DNA of 64,000 bases. Origin: Hamiltosporidium tvaerminnensis FI-OER-3-3 (taxonomy: Eukaryota > Fungi > Microsporidia). The stretch covers positions 1,674,001-1,738,000 of the forward strand of contig JAKIMF020000001.1 in the NCBI GenBank assembly GCA_022605425.2. The letters run 5' to 3'. A program made the translations under genes and the position numbers. The notes under the pieces were generated by a model, which was given only the letters and a program-made list of their open reading frames with translations, did no database searches and was not told the DNA's origin. Shown in pieces: positions 1 through 12,049 of the stretch (position 1 is the first letter of the stretch; every line of letters begins with the position of its first letter).

Positions 1-875
1 GTATCATCAAGATCGATAACCAATGTGGGTCTTTTACGTCTTTGTTGTGGTAGCAGTAATCCTACGGAATTTACAAATGAATCGGTCGCTGAAAGCCTAT
101 TGTTAATTAAAATTTCGTTACAAATGTTGATTTTGTCTGTATATTTGGGATGTGGCTGAATTATTTTTATGGAATTGCTTTCAAATTTTGAAATACGATC
201 ACTGACACTCAATTTCGAAGGTAATATAGTCGATTCATTTGAAAAAGCCACTATTTCTTCGGTTTTAGTTTCGAATAAAACCTTTTCCTCAAATATTTTA
301 ACTTTTCCGCTGTCTGTAGTCTCAATGCTTTGATGATCTACCGTTGCAGATGATTGCAAATTATTTTCTTGAATATTAAAATCAAAACAAATTTCATCAA
401 AACCGGTTTCATCAGTATCCGAAATTATTTCGATCTCATCAAAAGCCAAATCTGCATCGGAATCGTTTTTTACCGGTAATAACTCATTTTGTTTATTTGT
501 TTCTTCTTGAACAGAACTATCATTCGGAATATCTTCGGTTTTTAAAGAACTTTCAGTTGAAAGATCTTGTTCCGGCACATCGAGGACTTCTTTTTTATAT
601 GTAGGCTGTATTGAAGTCATGGTAAATCCATTTGTATCATTTGTACAGTCATTATTGCATGGATTATAAGAATTTTCATCAGATGGTTTATCAAATCGAA
701 TATTATTCATATTTGATTCCATATCGTTACTTTCATACGAATTTGAAAAACTACTTATCTTTGTTTTATCAGATGCTGGTTTTCTATCAGAAGGATATAT
801 CTTGTTGGCTTCAGATCTTTTCTTAGAACAATTACAACACGAAAAAAAATTCTTTACCGCTCTTATAAAACCCAT
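1..875 (-). CDS. Psr1/Psr2-like NIF (FCP1/SCP-type HAD) protein phosphatase, 3' end runs off the window
   Basis: Manual translation from ATG at 875 (CCCC motif 7-10 nt upstream) is open to base 1. It reads MGFIRAVKNFFSCCNCSKK..., then a long acidic low-complexity linker, then RKRPTLVIDLDD(T), the DxDxT motif at the start of a NIF domain. The MGF...CC N-terminus resembles yeast Psr1. Absent from the ORF track because there is no stop in the window. Confidence 0.8.
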   Translation of the reverse strand, partial: MGFIRAVKNFFSCCNCSKKRSEANKIYPSDRKPASDKTKISSFSNSYESNDMESNMNNIRFDKPSDENSYNPCNNDCTNDTNGFTMTSIQPTYKKEVLDVPEQDLSTESSLKTEDIPNDSSVQEETNKQNELLPVKNDSDADLAFDEIEIISDTDETGFDEICFDFNIQENNLQSSATVDHQSIETTDSGKVKIFEEKVLFETKTEEIVAFSNESTILPSKLSVSDRISKFESNSIKIIQPHPKYTDKINICNEILINNRLSATDSFVNSVGLLLPQQRRKRPTLVIDLDD

Positions 876-1251
876 TTCTGAGGGGTTAAAAAAACCATTT
901 ATTTCTAAAAAAGAAACATTTTTTTTGTTTCAATTTCGCAACATTATATTTAAAATTATTATACATCTGTCACAATGTGTAAAATTTTTTTATATGAGTT
1001 AATTGTATTCACCAATCTTTTTACTAAAATTATATAACTGCTGTCATATTTCTTATATATTTTTAATCTCGAGGCTAAAATGATAAAATATATTTCTATT
1101 TTTTAATGATAGCTGTCAACTAGCTATATGTTTTTAATTATTCCTTTAATAATGAATATTTATATTTTAATTAAAATTAGATAAGCTTTTGTTTATTAAT
1201 AAAGCTATAAAAAAGTAAATCTTAATTTAACTCAAATTATAAAGATCTTTG

Positions 1252-1322
1252 TTCAAAATAGATAAATATTTATTGTGAATTGATTCAAAACAGATAAATA
1301 TTTATTGTGAATTGATTCAAAA
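1252..1322. repeat. 32-bp tandem duplication
   Basis: GATAAATATTTATTGTGAATTGATTCAAAA at 1261 and 1293. Confidence 0.85.
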
Positions 1323-3026
1323 CAATAATGATCATATATTTGATTTATTTATAAATTTGATCGAAATTATATCTATAATTATAATAAAGTTTAATACTTT
1401 TTAAATCAATTTCGAGACAAATATTTGTATTTTATTTATCAGATTTTGTTTCAATTGCTCAAAATTATTTACAAATTATTTAATAGTGTGGATTTTCATT
1501 GTTAATCTCTAAAGAGTAACTAAAAAAATATTAGAAATACGTTTATGTAATTATTAGCAAATTTTAAATCCGAAGTGATGAATAGTAAGGTAATAGATTC
1601 TCAAAATATAAATTAAACCGAATAAAATATCATATTAAATTGAATTGAATAGAATATAATAGATGTTAAATTAAAATTTTAATAAAAAGTGATTTCCGTT
1701 GTTTTTTATATTATAAGAAAATACCATAAATTGTAAAATACAAATTAAAATATTTCATAAACTGTTTTTTGTCTGCTTCTTTTTCATTAGTCACTTTTAA
1801 ATTTGTATATTTTTTGGTATTTTTAAATGGTACGTGAACATCTGTCGTAAGTACTCTAAACAGAAAGTCTGGGCGGTTAATATTTTTTCTTTCCCGTTGT
1901 CCATATAAATATGTATTTTAGTCAGACATTACGACTCTTTCGTAAATATCCGAAGATGGTTTTACAAACTCAGATTCTCTTTGACAATCAAAACATAATT
2001 TATTCATAAAAAAATAATCAAGCATATTTCTGGAGCTAAGTTAGTCGACTATTTTTAATAATATTCCATTTATTCAGTAGATGCCATTCAAAGGTATATC
2101 AAACAAATATTTCATAAATTTATTGAAAAAAAGAACTATAATTATTTTAGAAGAATTCATTTGATCGTTTTTTTAAATTTAGAAAATTCATGGATGATTC
2201 ATTGATGAATTTCTATGAAAGCTATGTTATGCTATTTCTTCTTTAAAATTTTTTTCTGGTTTAATATTTTGACCATTGAAATGACATGGTTTTTATTTTC
2301 TAACTGTACTTATATAATAAGAGTTTTCAAATTTTATTCAAAGAATCTTTTTAATGAATTGAAGATTCATTTTTTTTATACATTTAGAAAATTAAATATT
2401 TTCCAATTAATTGTCTTCATCGAAAAAAATTAAATTAAATTAGATTAGATCTAAAATATAAATTGGTTTAAAAATAATTGAATAATATATAATCGAAATA
2501 AATGAGATATTTGAAATATAAAGAAAATTATGTGAAAATTTAAATTTACATTATGAAGAAAACCTATATTTTGTAGTATCAAATTAATTTGATAGATATA
2601 AAATATACAGATTCTACGTTTTTTTATAATGAGTAAAAGTAAATTTTCAATGACAAATTACTAAAATTTTTCTTTATTTAGATTCTAAAAATTAAATTTG
2701 TAGATTTGAAAGATATTTTACAAATTGTAATCAATTCATAAAAAAATATTTCATAAGAAATTACAATATGTGCTTAGCATCTAACCAATTCTGACTGTAG
2801 TCATTATTATTTTTACGAAAAATATATTTTAAAGGAAATTTATATTTTTATAAATTTTACATTTTTAATCTTGATACTAATCCTCAAATCAAATCAAAAA
2901 AATTTAAATTAACTAAGTGTGTGATATTTTTACCTTAAATGACTTTTAGAATGGTTAAGGGTAAAAAAATCACTGAAATAAAATTTATATAAGCAAAACA
3001 ATGTGTAAAATTACCCTCAAGTCAAT

Positions 3027-3878
3027 ATGGAATATTTTCATAGATTAAAAAAACAAGTCTTAACACAGACATTACCTGGTAGATATAAAGAACGTCTCAG
3101 TTATAAATCTTTGTTTTTTTATTGTTTTTTAGGAACCGTAAATTTAATATTGGGAATAATTTTAAGCAACACATATTCTCAAATAACAGAAATAGAAATA
3201 CCATATAATAACAATGAATCACAAAAATTTTCCTTTTTTGTTCCTAAAAATATAAGCGGAACTGTTCTTTTTTATATAAAAATAGAAGATTTTTATCAAA
3301 ACCATCTTTTCTATGCCAAAAGTTTAAATTATAATCAACTGGAAGGTAAAAATACTTCTAAGATATCATCATGTAGTCCCTTAGAAAGAACAGATGGAAC
3401 GATTATATATCCATGTGGACTTATTGCAAATACATTTCTCCAAGATGGTTACAAGTTGTTTAAAAACAATGAAGAAATACCGATATCTACTCAAGATATA
3501 TCATGGAGTTCTGAAAAACGAAAAGTAGGTAAAACACAATATAATTTAAATCAGATTGTTGCACCACCTTTATGGACTCCATATGAAGAAGTACCAAATT
3601 TAAGTGTGAATTATAGATTTATAAATTGGATGAATATTGCAAGCTTTTCAAGTTTTAAAAAATTATATGGAAAAATTGATGGTCTTGAAAAGGGAGAATA
3701 TGAAATAATTATAGATTCAACTTTTCCTTTTGGTAAAAAATCTGTTTTTATTTCTGAACCTAGTTGGGCAGGTTCAAAAAATTTCTTTATATCTACTCTT
3801 TTTATGGTTACTGGTTCTTTTATAATTACCATCTCTTTTCTTTTAATTGTTAGAAAGTTTGTAAGAATAATTTTTTAG
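3027..3878 (+). CDS. CDC50: CDC50/LEM3 family flippase beta subunit
   Basis: Motifs KKQ.L, FYQNH..Y..S, YPCGLIANT, RFINWM..A.F..FKKLYG, SW.G.KN.F; two terminal TM segments; CCC upstream of ATG. Confidence 0.95.
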   Translation: MEYFHRLKKQVLTQTLPGRYKERLSYKSLFFYCFLGTVNLILGIILSNTYSQITEIEIPYNNNESQKFSFFVPKNISGTVLFYIKIEDFYQNHLFYAKSLNYNQLEGKNTSKISSCSPLERTDGTIIYPCGLIANTFLQDGYKLFKNNEEIPISTQDISWSSEKRKVGKTQYNLNQIVAPPLWTPYEEVPNLSVNYRFINWMNIASFSSFKKLYGKIDGLEKGEYEIIIDSTFPFGKKSVFISEPSWAGSKNFFISTLFMVTGSFIITISFLLIVRKFVRIIF

Positions 3879-5579
3879 AACAAAATTTGATATAATTATA
3901 TGAAATTTATAATAAATTATTGTAAAAAACCACATTTTATTTGATTCTTTTATAGTTTAAAGTATTATTTGATATAAATTATCTTTTTTCTGTGAATGTA
4001 AAAAACGCTTTTATTTTTAACTGCTAGATAATCGGATTTATTTAAAATTTCTGCATGTGCTTCATTCTTTGTTTTGTTATACATCAAAATATGGTTGCAA
4101 ACCTAAAGGTGAACTTACTGATATAGATAATATTTTGTGCTCATAAGAGCAAATACCAAATAAAAATATGAAACATAATGAAAGGATATTATTCATAAGC
4201 CTATAGCTTATTTGATCTGTTTTTACATATAAATACCGAAAATTTGTCTCTTAACTCTCACAGACTCCAAAACTACCAGAGATAAAACTCACTGTAATAA
4301 CCCATATATTTCTTCATAAAATTAATCTAATTTGCTCCTTTATGTTTATATATTCATATCAAAAAATATTAAAATAAGAACCACCTTGATAAATAAATTC
4401 CATATTATGGGAATTAACATCAGATCTTTGACTACGCTCTAGCCATATGGCTTATATATTTCATATCTACTGTTTATTGACTATAAAATTGAAAATGGCC
4501 CCTATGTAATACTATTGAATATTATAATCTTATTTATTTTGTTAATTTTATATATTAAGCGATGGTTTACACCACTATATTATCGTGAATAATTAATGAT
4601 CATTTTTTTTTTTAACCGCGAGAGACAACATTTTTATACCTTTTTTTTCTATAAATCTCTATATATTGACCACAGAAATGGAAATACCAGATGAGGTATA
4701 ATATGCAAACACGATTTTACAAGGATTTCGTTAGTTTTTTAGCAGCCAGATATGGCTATGGCAAAATTATTTAAATTTATGATTTAGCCTTCTGATCGGT
4801 CTTGATTTATAGATTTCTTGATATTTTTTTTACACAAATTATAATCCAAAGATAGAATTTCTGTAACGAAAAAATCTTTAAATTGGTGATTTTCTTTGCC
4901 CAAGTGAAACAATCAGCGCACAGTGGTACTAAAAAATATTTTTTGTGACAGATAAAATTTTTTAAAATATGAAGGCAAGTTAAACCAAAACTAAAATATC
5001 AAAAGTAATAAAAACTTTGGAATCTACCTATAATTGATATTCTCATTAGCCAAATATATTAGATCAACACAAATTATTTGAAAGGTATTCTAACGCTAGT
5101 AATTTTATTCGAATCGTTTTAGAAATGGGAATTAAAGATAGATATTTATTACATACTAAACAATTACGACATATTCCTTTTCTTTTATTTTTCACATGTT
5201 GCCTTCATTCTTTTATGAACTATAGATAAAAAATTGTGAATATCACAGGTTATTTTCCGATATAGTATTCAACGACTACATCAATTAAATGCTTTTTCTG
5301 TCTTAAACAAATTTCAGATCATCTAGCACTTAGTGTTTTGTCTATTTAAGATAATTACTTCTTTTTGGCAACGATAAATCAGAAGGCTTCTTATTCTCTT
5401 TCTTAGAATATAGCTTTTTCTGATTATTTGAAATAAAGTTAAAATAAATTTTATAGAATTATATTTTCGCCTAAAATTTTCCTTAAAAAACTATATAAAG
5501 GGAAAAAAATGAATCTTTATTACAAAGAAAGAAAAATATCAAAAAGCATATTGAATCACAAGGTAGAAAAAGGACTTTA

Positions 5580-5720
5580 TTTTTATTTAAATAAAATATT
5601 TCGATAAATTTAATGTTTTTATTTGATAGATGACTAAGTTATACTTCTATTTTCAACGCTTTTTATTTAAATAAAATATTTCGATAAATTTAATGTTTTT
5701 ATTTGATAGATGACTAAGTT
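5580..5720. repeat. 80-bp-period tandem duplication
   Basis: 60-nt identical block at 5581 and 5661. Confidence 0.9.
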
Positions 5721-6329
5721 CCACATTTACATTCAACACTTTTTATTTTCTCAGGAGTTTTACAGACTTATAAAATTGTAAGCTTTTTTTCGATATAATG
5801 AGTTATCAACAATACACATTAATCGATATAAAGCCTAATACTTTTCATTATCGGTTTAATGAATATATATACTAAAATTTTTAGGCATATAAATTAGAAT
5901 AAAACAATTTAATGATAAGTTTCTACTCAAAACAGGAGTAAAGCAAATATTTTTTATAATTTTCTTAAAGGTATATTCTGCACTTGATTCTTAGAATTAT
6001 ATTATAATTAATAGAACTTCCTTGCACAAATATGAAAGAAAATTATAAATTAATTATATTTGATATGGCAAATATTATAGAATCAATATACCTATAAATC
6101 TATTATTCTTATTTTAGCAAATAAAGGCATAACTGGGTTTTTATATGAGATTATATAACAGTTAAATAAAGACATTTTTATTTTTGCTTTAAATAGCTAT
6201 TTTTTAAACGAACTATAACTCTTCTCTGTAAAATTTTAGTTTTTATCCGTTCAAAATTCACTATAAAAGTATTTTTTTGTAAAAAAGGACACAAAAAAAA
6301 TATAAAAATGATTTTATTTAGAAAATAAT

Positions 6330-6686
6330 TTACGCGTCTTCTTCGATGCCTTCCCAGCTATGAAAGCAACTACAACATACAAAGCAAACAGTAAGAGCTA
6401 CTTCTTGTTGTCTATCACGTTTTTGAAAATAACATGCATCTCTTCGATTGCATTTAGGGCAAGGTGCTAGATTTGTTCGAGGAAGAGTCGGATCTGAAAC
6501 CAAATCTTTAGAATGTGTACTATATGCATCATCTTTTACTTTAGTCATTCTATCATAATAAACTCTATACGATTTAGCATCCTCAAAGTGTTCACAATTC
6601 CTACACGCCATATACAATTTTTTTTCCGTTTTATCTTCCTTGGGATATAACATATTATGACACTCTTTACAAAATTCTTGATTCAT
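6330..6686 (-). CDS. RPB9: RNA polymerase II subunit RPB9
   Basis: FCKECHNMLYPKEDK...ACRNCEH, DPTLPRT, CPKC and second zinc ribbon; CCCC immediately before ATG. Confidence 0.97.
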   Translation of the reverse strand: MNQEFCKECHNMLYPKEDKTEKKLYMACRNCEHFEDAKSYRVYYDRMTKVKDDAYSTHSKDLVSDPTLPRTNLAPCPKCNRRDACYFQKRDRQQEVALTVCFVCCSCFHSWEGIEEDA

Positions 6687-6690
6687 GGGG
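6687..6690 (-). promoter_or_regulatory. Microsporidian CCC-like core promoter motif (example at RPB9)
   Basis: CCC(C) within about 0-13 nt of the start, after an AT-rich run, at Psr1-like, CDC50, RPB9, eL42, SPC3, RAD6, U4, Dad-like, UBC4, CYB5 and RNR1. Confidence 0.8.
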
Positions 6691-6776
6691 AGAAAAATCT
6701 GTATAAAATTTAAATTTTCTTACAAAAAACAAAAACACTGTAAATATTGAAAAAAATTAAAAATAAAATAAGCGAT

Positions 6777-7122
6777 TTAATAAACCAAAGCCTCACCTCT
6801 TTGTTTCTTCTCACCTCCAAAGATAACATGCTTAGCTCTTTTCATAGGTTGTAATCTTTTCCTTTTGCATGTAACACACTCAAGTTTTAAAACAAGTTTT
6901 TTTGTTGTTTTGGCACTTCTACGTAGAATAGGTCTGGTCTGTCCTTTATAACCACGTTGCTTCAGTTTATATCTTCTGTTACCCTGTTTGGTTGGTTGAC
7001 TTTTTCCTTGTTTGTATTGAGATATCTTGTGTTCCGTGTGTGAATTACAACGCGGGCAATGAGAATTCTTTTTCTTTGGAATGTTTACCTATAATTAGAA
7101 TACGTTTACTAAAACTTACCAT
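6777..7122 (-). CDS. RPL42: 60S ribosomal protein eL42 (L44/L36a); complement(join(6777..7088,7120..7122)), 104 aa
   Basis: Spliced translation MVNIPKKKNSHCPRCNSHTEHKISQYKQGK...QGNRRYKLKQRGYKGQTRPILRRSAKTTKKLVLKLECVTCK...GEALVY*. CCCC motif upstream. Missed by the ORF track because the ATG is its own exon. Confidence 0.97.
7089..7119 (-). other. 31-nt spliceosomal intron directly after the eL42 start codon
   Basis: GTAAGTTTTAGTAAACGTATTCTAATTATAG: GTAAGT donor, CTAAT branch point, TAG acceptor; removal restores MVNIPK. Confidence 0.95.
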
Positions 7123-7205
7123 TTTATGGGGCTTTATATTTTTGTTTTAAATCTTTGAATTTTTATAAAAAGAAAACGTTGGGTCTCGTTAGAAAATAAA
7201 AAATC

Positions 7206-7344
7206 GGAAATATTTTTGTATAAAAAATGTAGGAATAAAAAAAATGTCGGTTTAGTCATTTTTAGAAAAGATAGAAAATTGGAAATATTTTTGTATAAAA
7301 AATGTAGGAATAAAAAAAATGTCGGTTTAGTCATTTTTAGAAAA
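7206..7344. repeat. 75-bp-period tandem duplication upstream of eL42
   Basis: GGAAATATTTTTGTATAAAAAATGTAGG...GTCATTTTTAGAAAA at 7206 and 7281. Confidence 0.9.
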
Positions 7345-7901
7345 TAAAAAAAAATAATTTAATAGAAATAATAGAAAATTCAGTTCATAGTTAAACGTAA
7401 AATAATATTATAAAAAGGTAGTAAAAAACTAAGAAATTGTTAGTTCACTATGTCGTTAGAATAAATATTTGTTTAAAATGAAAGCAAAATTAGACGAAAA
7501 ATTTTGTTCAATTTAATCTAAAAAAAAAATATTTGGAAATTTTTTGAAATAGATAACAAAAATACAAAAATATTTTTGTTTTACGGTAAAAAATCTTTGT
7601 GCTATGAATAAAACTCAAGCTTAATGAGATCCAATGAATTATCAGATATTTTTATCTACATACAACAAAAATTTGAATTATTTATCAAAATATAAATTAT
7701 GTTTTGTTTGTTAAACAATTTACTTTAAATACTCGAAAAATAATTTTTTATTTACTTAAATTTTTTAATTTCAATTATTATTTACGAAAATTTTTATTCG
7801 AATTTTAAATATTTTTAAATTTTTATTTGAACCTATAATTATGATTATCAATGATTTAATTAGTAGGCTGTTTCATTTGTTCATAATATTTTATTACTTA
7901 C

Positions 7902-8088
7902 GTTAAAAGAATATTTTGAATATTTCAAAAGATTTTTTAAGAAGATGAATGGTAGAATTTATAAGTTAAAAGAATATTTTGAATATTTCAAAAGATTTTT
8001 TAAGAAGATGAATGGTAGAATTTATAAGTTAAAAGAATATTTTGAATATTTCAAAAGATTTTTCAAGAAGATGAATGGTAGAATTTAT
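7902..8088. repeat. 63-bp tandem repeat, 3 copies
   Basis: GTTAAAAGAATATTTTGAATATTTC...GGTAGAATTTAT at 7902, 7965 and 8028. Confidence 0.95.
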
Positions 8089-8846
8089 TCTCTCAAATAT
8101 TTCGTTATAATTTTCAACTCAGCCTGTCATTTTGATAAAATTCATCTTGATGTGTAATATGAACTATATATAATGTTTAGATATATTTTGATATAAATTA
8201 AAATAAATATGTAAGAGCTTGAGCTTTATCGACTAACTTATTATTTGCTCGATCGAAAGTTCAGGAATTTAGGTGGCTTGTTATACGAATCCAACGAGAT
8301 TATCTCACAAAATCAGATTAATATGAAACCAAAACAAAATTACGATAAATATAAAAATGATTATTGCAAGTTTAGCGCCAAGTAGGGTCAAGTGCAGGTA
8401 CATCGTTAGAAAGCTCGAGCTTTCCAAGGATCTTAGCGTCTCATAATGAGTAAATTTGCAATAAAAACTTTTCAACTTAATTTTATCAAAAAGATCTAAA
8501 AAATATCTATCTTGACTATAAATATAAAGATTTTTATTCAGACAATTAATATTAATTCATTCACCTCCTTATAGAAGATAATTACTTTATATTTATAGAA
8601 GATAATTATTTATTGTATTTTAATATTCAAATAATCAGTGGATGATTCACATGTAGAATAAAGTAGATAATTTCCTTTTTAATGAATTTGTATTTGTAAT
8701 GACTTCAAAAATACAATGTATGAATCCTATCCTAATCACTACAATTACTTCATTTCAAAAAAACAATAAAAAAAATATTTTTTTTAGATGAAAACCTTGT
8801 TTTTTTATAAAAAAAATATTTTTATTTTTAAATTTGATACCCTTTA

Positions 8847-9314
8847 ATGCATACGGTTGGATCAAGAGCATCTGCATGTTTAGGTTTTATCTTTAATGCT
8901 ACAACTGCTTTGATTGCAATGGTTGGTCTAGTTGGTTTCTTATTACAAAGATCACCACCCAACTCAGAATTTAAAGTACTGAAATATCAACCATATATGA
9001 CTTTAACACCACAATCATTTACATTTATTCCAAATATCGATCTTAAAGAAGAATTTAATCCAAATTTAAAACAAATATTTTTTTATGTAAAAGTTGTTTT
9101 CGGTAAAAATAAAGAAAATAGTGAAATGATTTGGAGTAAAATTGTAACAAGAAAAGATGAAAAAAAGTTCTTTGAAGCTATAAAAAGTAATTATCGTCTT
9201 AGTAATTTAGAATCTTATGAAACATTGGATTTTGAATTGAGAGGTTGTTATTTTCCCTATGTTGGAATGATTAGAGATATATGTTTTAAAACTTATATCT
9301 TCGATCAAAAATAG
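8847..9314 (+). CDS. SPC3: Signal peptidase complex subunit 3 (SPC22/23)
   Basis: MH...R N-terminal signal anchor; DL...FN.N.KQIF.YV; IW.KI; P.VG near the C-terminus; CCC upstream. Confidence 0.85.
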   Translation: MHTVGSRASACLGFIFNATTALIAMVGLVGFLLQRSPPNSEFKVLKYQPYMTLTPQSFTFIPNIDLKEEFNPNLKQIFFYVKVVFGKNKENSEMIWSKIVTRKDEKKFFEAIKSNYRLSNLESYETLDFELRGCYFPYVGMIRDICFKTYIFDQK

Positions 9315-9776
9315 GAAATTAAATTCTTTGTTTTTTAAAAATTTTATCTTTCTGTTGTATTTCTAAAAAGACTTTTTAATGTTTAAAAGATGTTTTGCTT
9401 GAAATATTTAATTAACTGCTTTCTAATATAAATTTATACTTAAACAATTGTATTAAATTCAAAGTATTAATTTTATTTCTTTAAAAATAATTATATGTTG
9501 TATAAGCTGTTCAAATCTTCCTTTCTATCTTTGTATAAGTTTTTAATAGAATATGATATCAGATATTTATATGTGGTTTTTCTTTTATTTATAACATTAC
9601 AGTATATTTCAATTACTAATTTTAAATTTAATTTGAATAAATACGCTAGGAATATCAAACGGTATATTTTTTTAGTATTAAGACATTTCTATTATACCAA
9701 ATATCTATTATAATTTACGCTGTATATTATTTAAATTAAATAGAAACCTTTGTTTCATATATGTAATTATTTCAAA

Positions 9777-10501
9777 TTTATTTAAAAGTATAACATCTTT
9801 TTAAAATAGTGGCAAGTGTTAGATTTGTTTTCATGACATTAACGCAGTTCTAGGTTTAACATAAATAACTGCTACCCCAAGACTCCATCAGTAACTCCTG
9901 CAATACCTACTTCCCAAAGCTTTTCATCTACCAGGTGTGTAGAACCTAATTACTAGGCGAGGCAGTTGCCCGGAGTTCGTTAATGTCCGTTGCATGGAGT
10001 ATGATCGAAGTCCGAAGACCCTCGGGTTCTCCCAAGACTATGCAGCATTCCCACTTACTCTACACTTTCTGAACCTAATAAACTTCTAGCTAAGATATAT
10101 TTCAGAGATTTACATGGGTTTACCTAGACAGTGCAATGTCATACCAACAGGTATAACCTGCTACTTAGCTCTCCTGGCTTTAAAGGGTTTTATTTTTATA
10201 TCTCCCAGGCGATAAGTCTTCTAACCCGAGTGAGCAAGGCTAGGTTTCCATGCTTTTACATGGCAATTACCTACAATTTCAGCTGCGGTCTGCAATCTGG
10301 TTACGTAAAAAACTACAAATAAATTTGTTGAAAAAGTTTCTCCTTTTCTTAGACCTCTTCCCTTCATAACAACTCCCATGGAACAACCGAAGATGTAATG
10401 TGGTTGTATTCCCACGAAAAATTCAAACAATGATCCTCACACTAGTTTCACACACTCATTCCAAGCAGAAAGTTTTTTATGTGGTTATCCTCCCTCCATC
10501 C
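9777..10501 (-). mobile_element. ~725-bp non-coding structured retroposon (family A), copy 1
   Basis: Highly similar to 15857-16589 and 40143-40868; 15-bp TSD TGTAATTATTTCAAA at 9762-9776 and 10502-10516; ends TTTTAAATAAA. Confidence 0.9.
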
Positions 10502-11204
10502 TGTAATTATTTCAAAACAGTATCTTTAAATAATATCTTGGTAATTTGAAATAAATTTACATTCATAGTTTTACAAATTTGTCAATTTAAAGATATTTTT
10601 TTTAGATAAAAAATCGAAGTAAATATAATATTTTAATACATAATCTCTTCTCAAAATAAGAATCTCACCTACTAGATTACAAATATTAACATAAGTCTTT
10701 ATTTCAATATCTAACTTAGTTTCGCAAAATCTTAACCAAAGATTTATCGAACTAAAATTTTAACCAATTTGTTCTTGAAATATATGCGCATACATATATA
10801 ATATAATACATAGCTATGAATGAATGGTGTTATAGCATCTATTTTATATATTTGAACACGATTTTCACGTTACATTGAAAATACTCATAATTTTGTTTCT
10901 TTTAATAGTTCAACAAATTCACAGAAGTGACCTACCTGCATATGGGTTTTTAAGTATTTCTTTCATTTTTTATCGTTAAAAAAGCTGCTGTAATTGATTT
11001 ATAAATTGTTTTCAGTTTTAGATAACCAGGAATTGTCTTTTGTAATTTTAATCCCTTTATATTGAGAAATATCTTAGTTCTATCAAGTTTATTCGTGAAA
11101 TTAGTTCTTAGTCTATTTTACCAATGTAACCACAAAATTAGCAAGAGTTAGTTATATTTTAGTTTGTAATTTTTCTGATTGAAATTTTTTAAAATTTTTA
11201 GCAA

Positions 11205-11424
11205 CTTACTAATGCATTTCCTCTTTTACCTCTCGATGTAGAGGATGAACAACTTAAAATTTTCCAATTGCTTCTTTTAATCGTAGTTACTCGGGGATTA
11301 TAGGGACCGGCCAAAATATTCAATGTGGTTTATATCCCACCAAAATGTCAATAATAATTTTCAGTCTATTTCACACACACATTTACAACCATATAGTTTT
11401 TAATGTGGGTATCCTCTCTTCACC
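11205..11424 (-). mobile_element. ~220-bp short retroposon (family B) sharing the family A 5' head
   Basis: Head GGTGAAGAGAGGATACCCACATTAAAAAC...TTTTGGTGGGATATAAACCAC; tail GTTCATCCTC..CA..GAGAGGTAAAAGAGGAA...GTAAG shared with 33390-33619. Confidence 0.7.
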
Positions 11425-12049
11425 TCTTTTCAGACAACTCGAAATAAATTATTTATACTTAATTTGTATTCAATTTATATTCGGTTTATAATTAGTTAAT
11501 TTTGAAGAATATTCAACATATTACATGTTATAATCTAAGTAGATAAATATTATTTTGAACAATATTTTTTTGCAAAAGGTAGTAGTTATTAAATTGAATA
11601 GGAATGAATTATTCAATATTTTTAAAATATATTTATTAAAAAATAGAATGCAATCATAATTTATACTTGTAATGGAAGAAATATTTCAAAGGTTTTATCA
11701 TTTGAAAATTATCCCACAATTAAATAAATTAATTATAGTATTTTTCAATCTAAATTGCAATAAACAAAATTCAAATTGTAAGAATAATTTGAGGCATATT
11801 AATCCACGTAGTTAACTATCTTTTTGCTATTTTTGAAGCGATCAAACAGTCTCTAATAATTAAAAATTAAATTTTTTAATCGCCTCAAATTTTTGATAAA
11901 AACTTATTTACTAGAAAACTTCTTTAAATATCAAGATTATCGTAGTTGATCACAAAGCAAATATATTTTGGTATCAAAAAATATTTTACAAATTGAATTT
12001 TCCAGAAATATTGAAAAATTTAAAATGACCAATAATCAACTGCCCCTTT

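Noticed and set aside
632-1002. Short ORFs antisense to real genes or in AT-rich DNA (632, 802, 2215, 3611, 9495, 15507, 43100, 45467, 48644, 49591, 49643, 50631, 54539, 54747, 55272, 57843, 58895, 62803 and others)
   Set aside because: Shadow or random frames with F/I/K/L-biased composition, often non-ATG starts and no CCC motif.
4917-4930. CACAGTGG (Transib/RSS-like terminus)
   Set aside because: No partner end or transposase remnant found.
8212-8424. 16-bp palindrome GAAAGCTCGAGCTTTC (8409-8424) with a degenerate mate at 8213, possible MITE
   Set aside because: Single copy in the window, no TSD, ends not definable.
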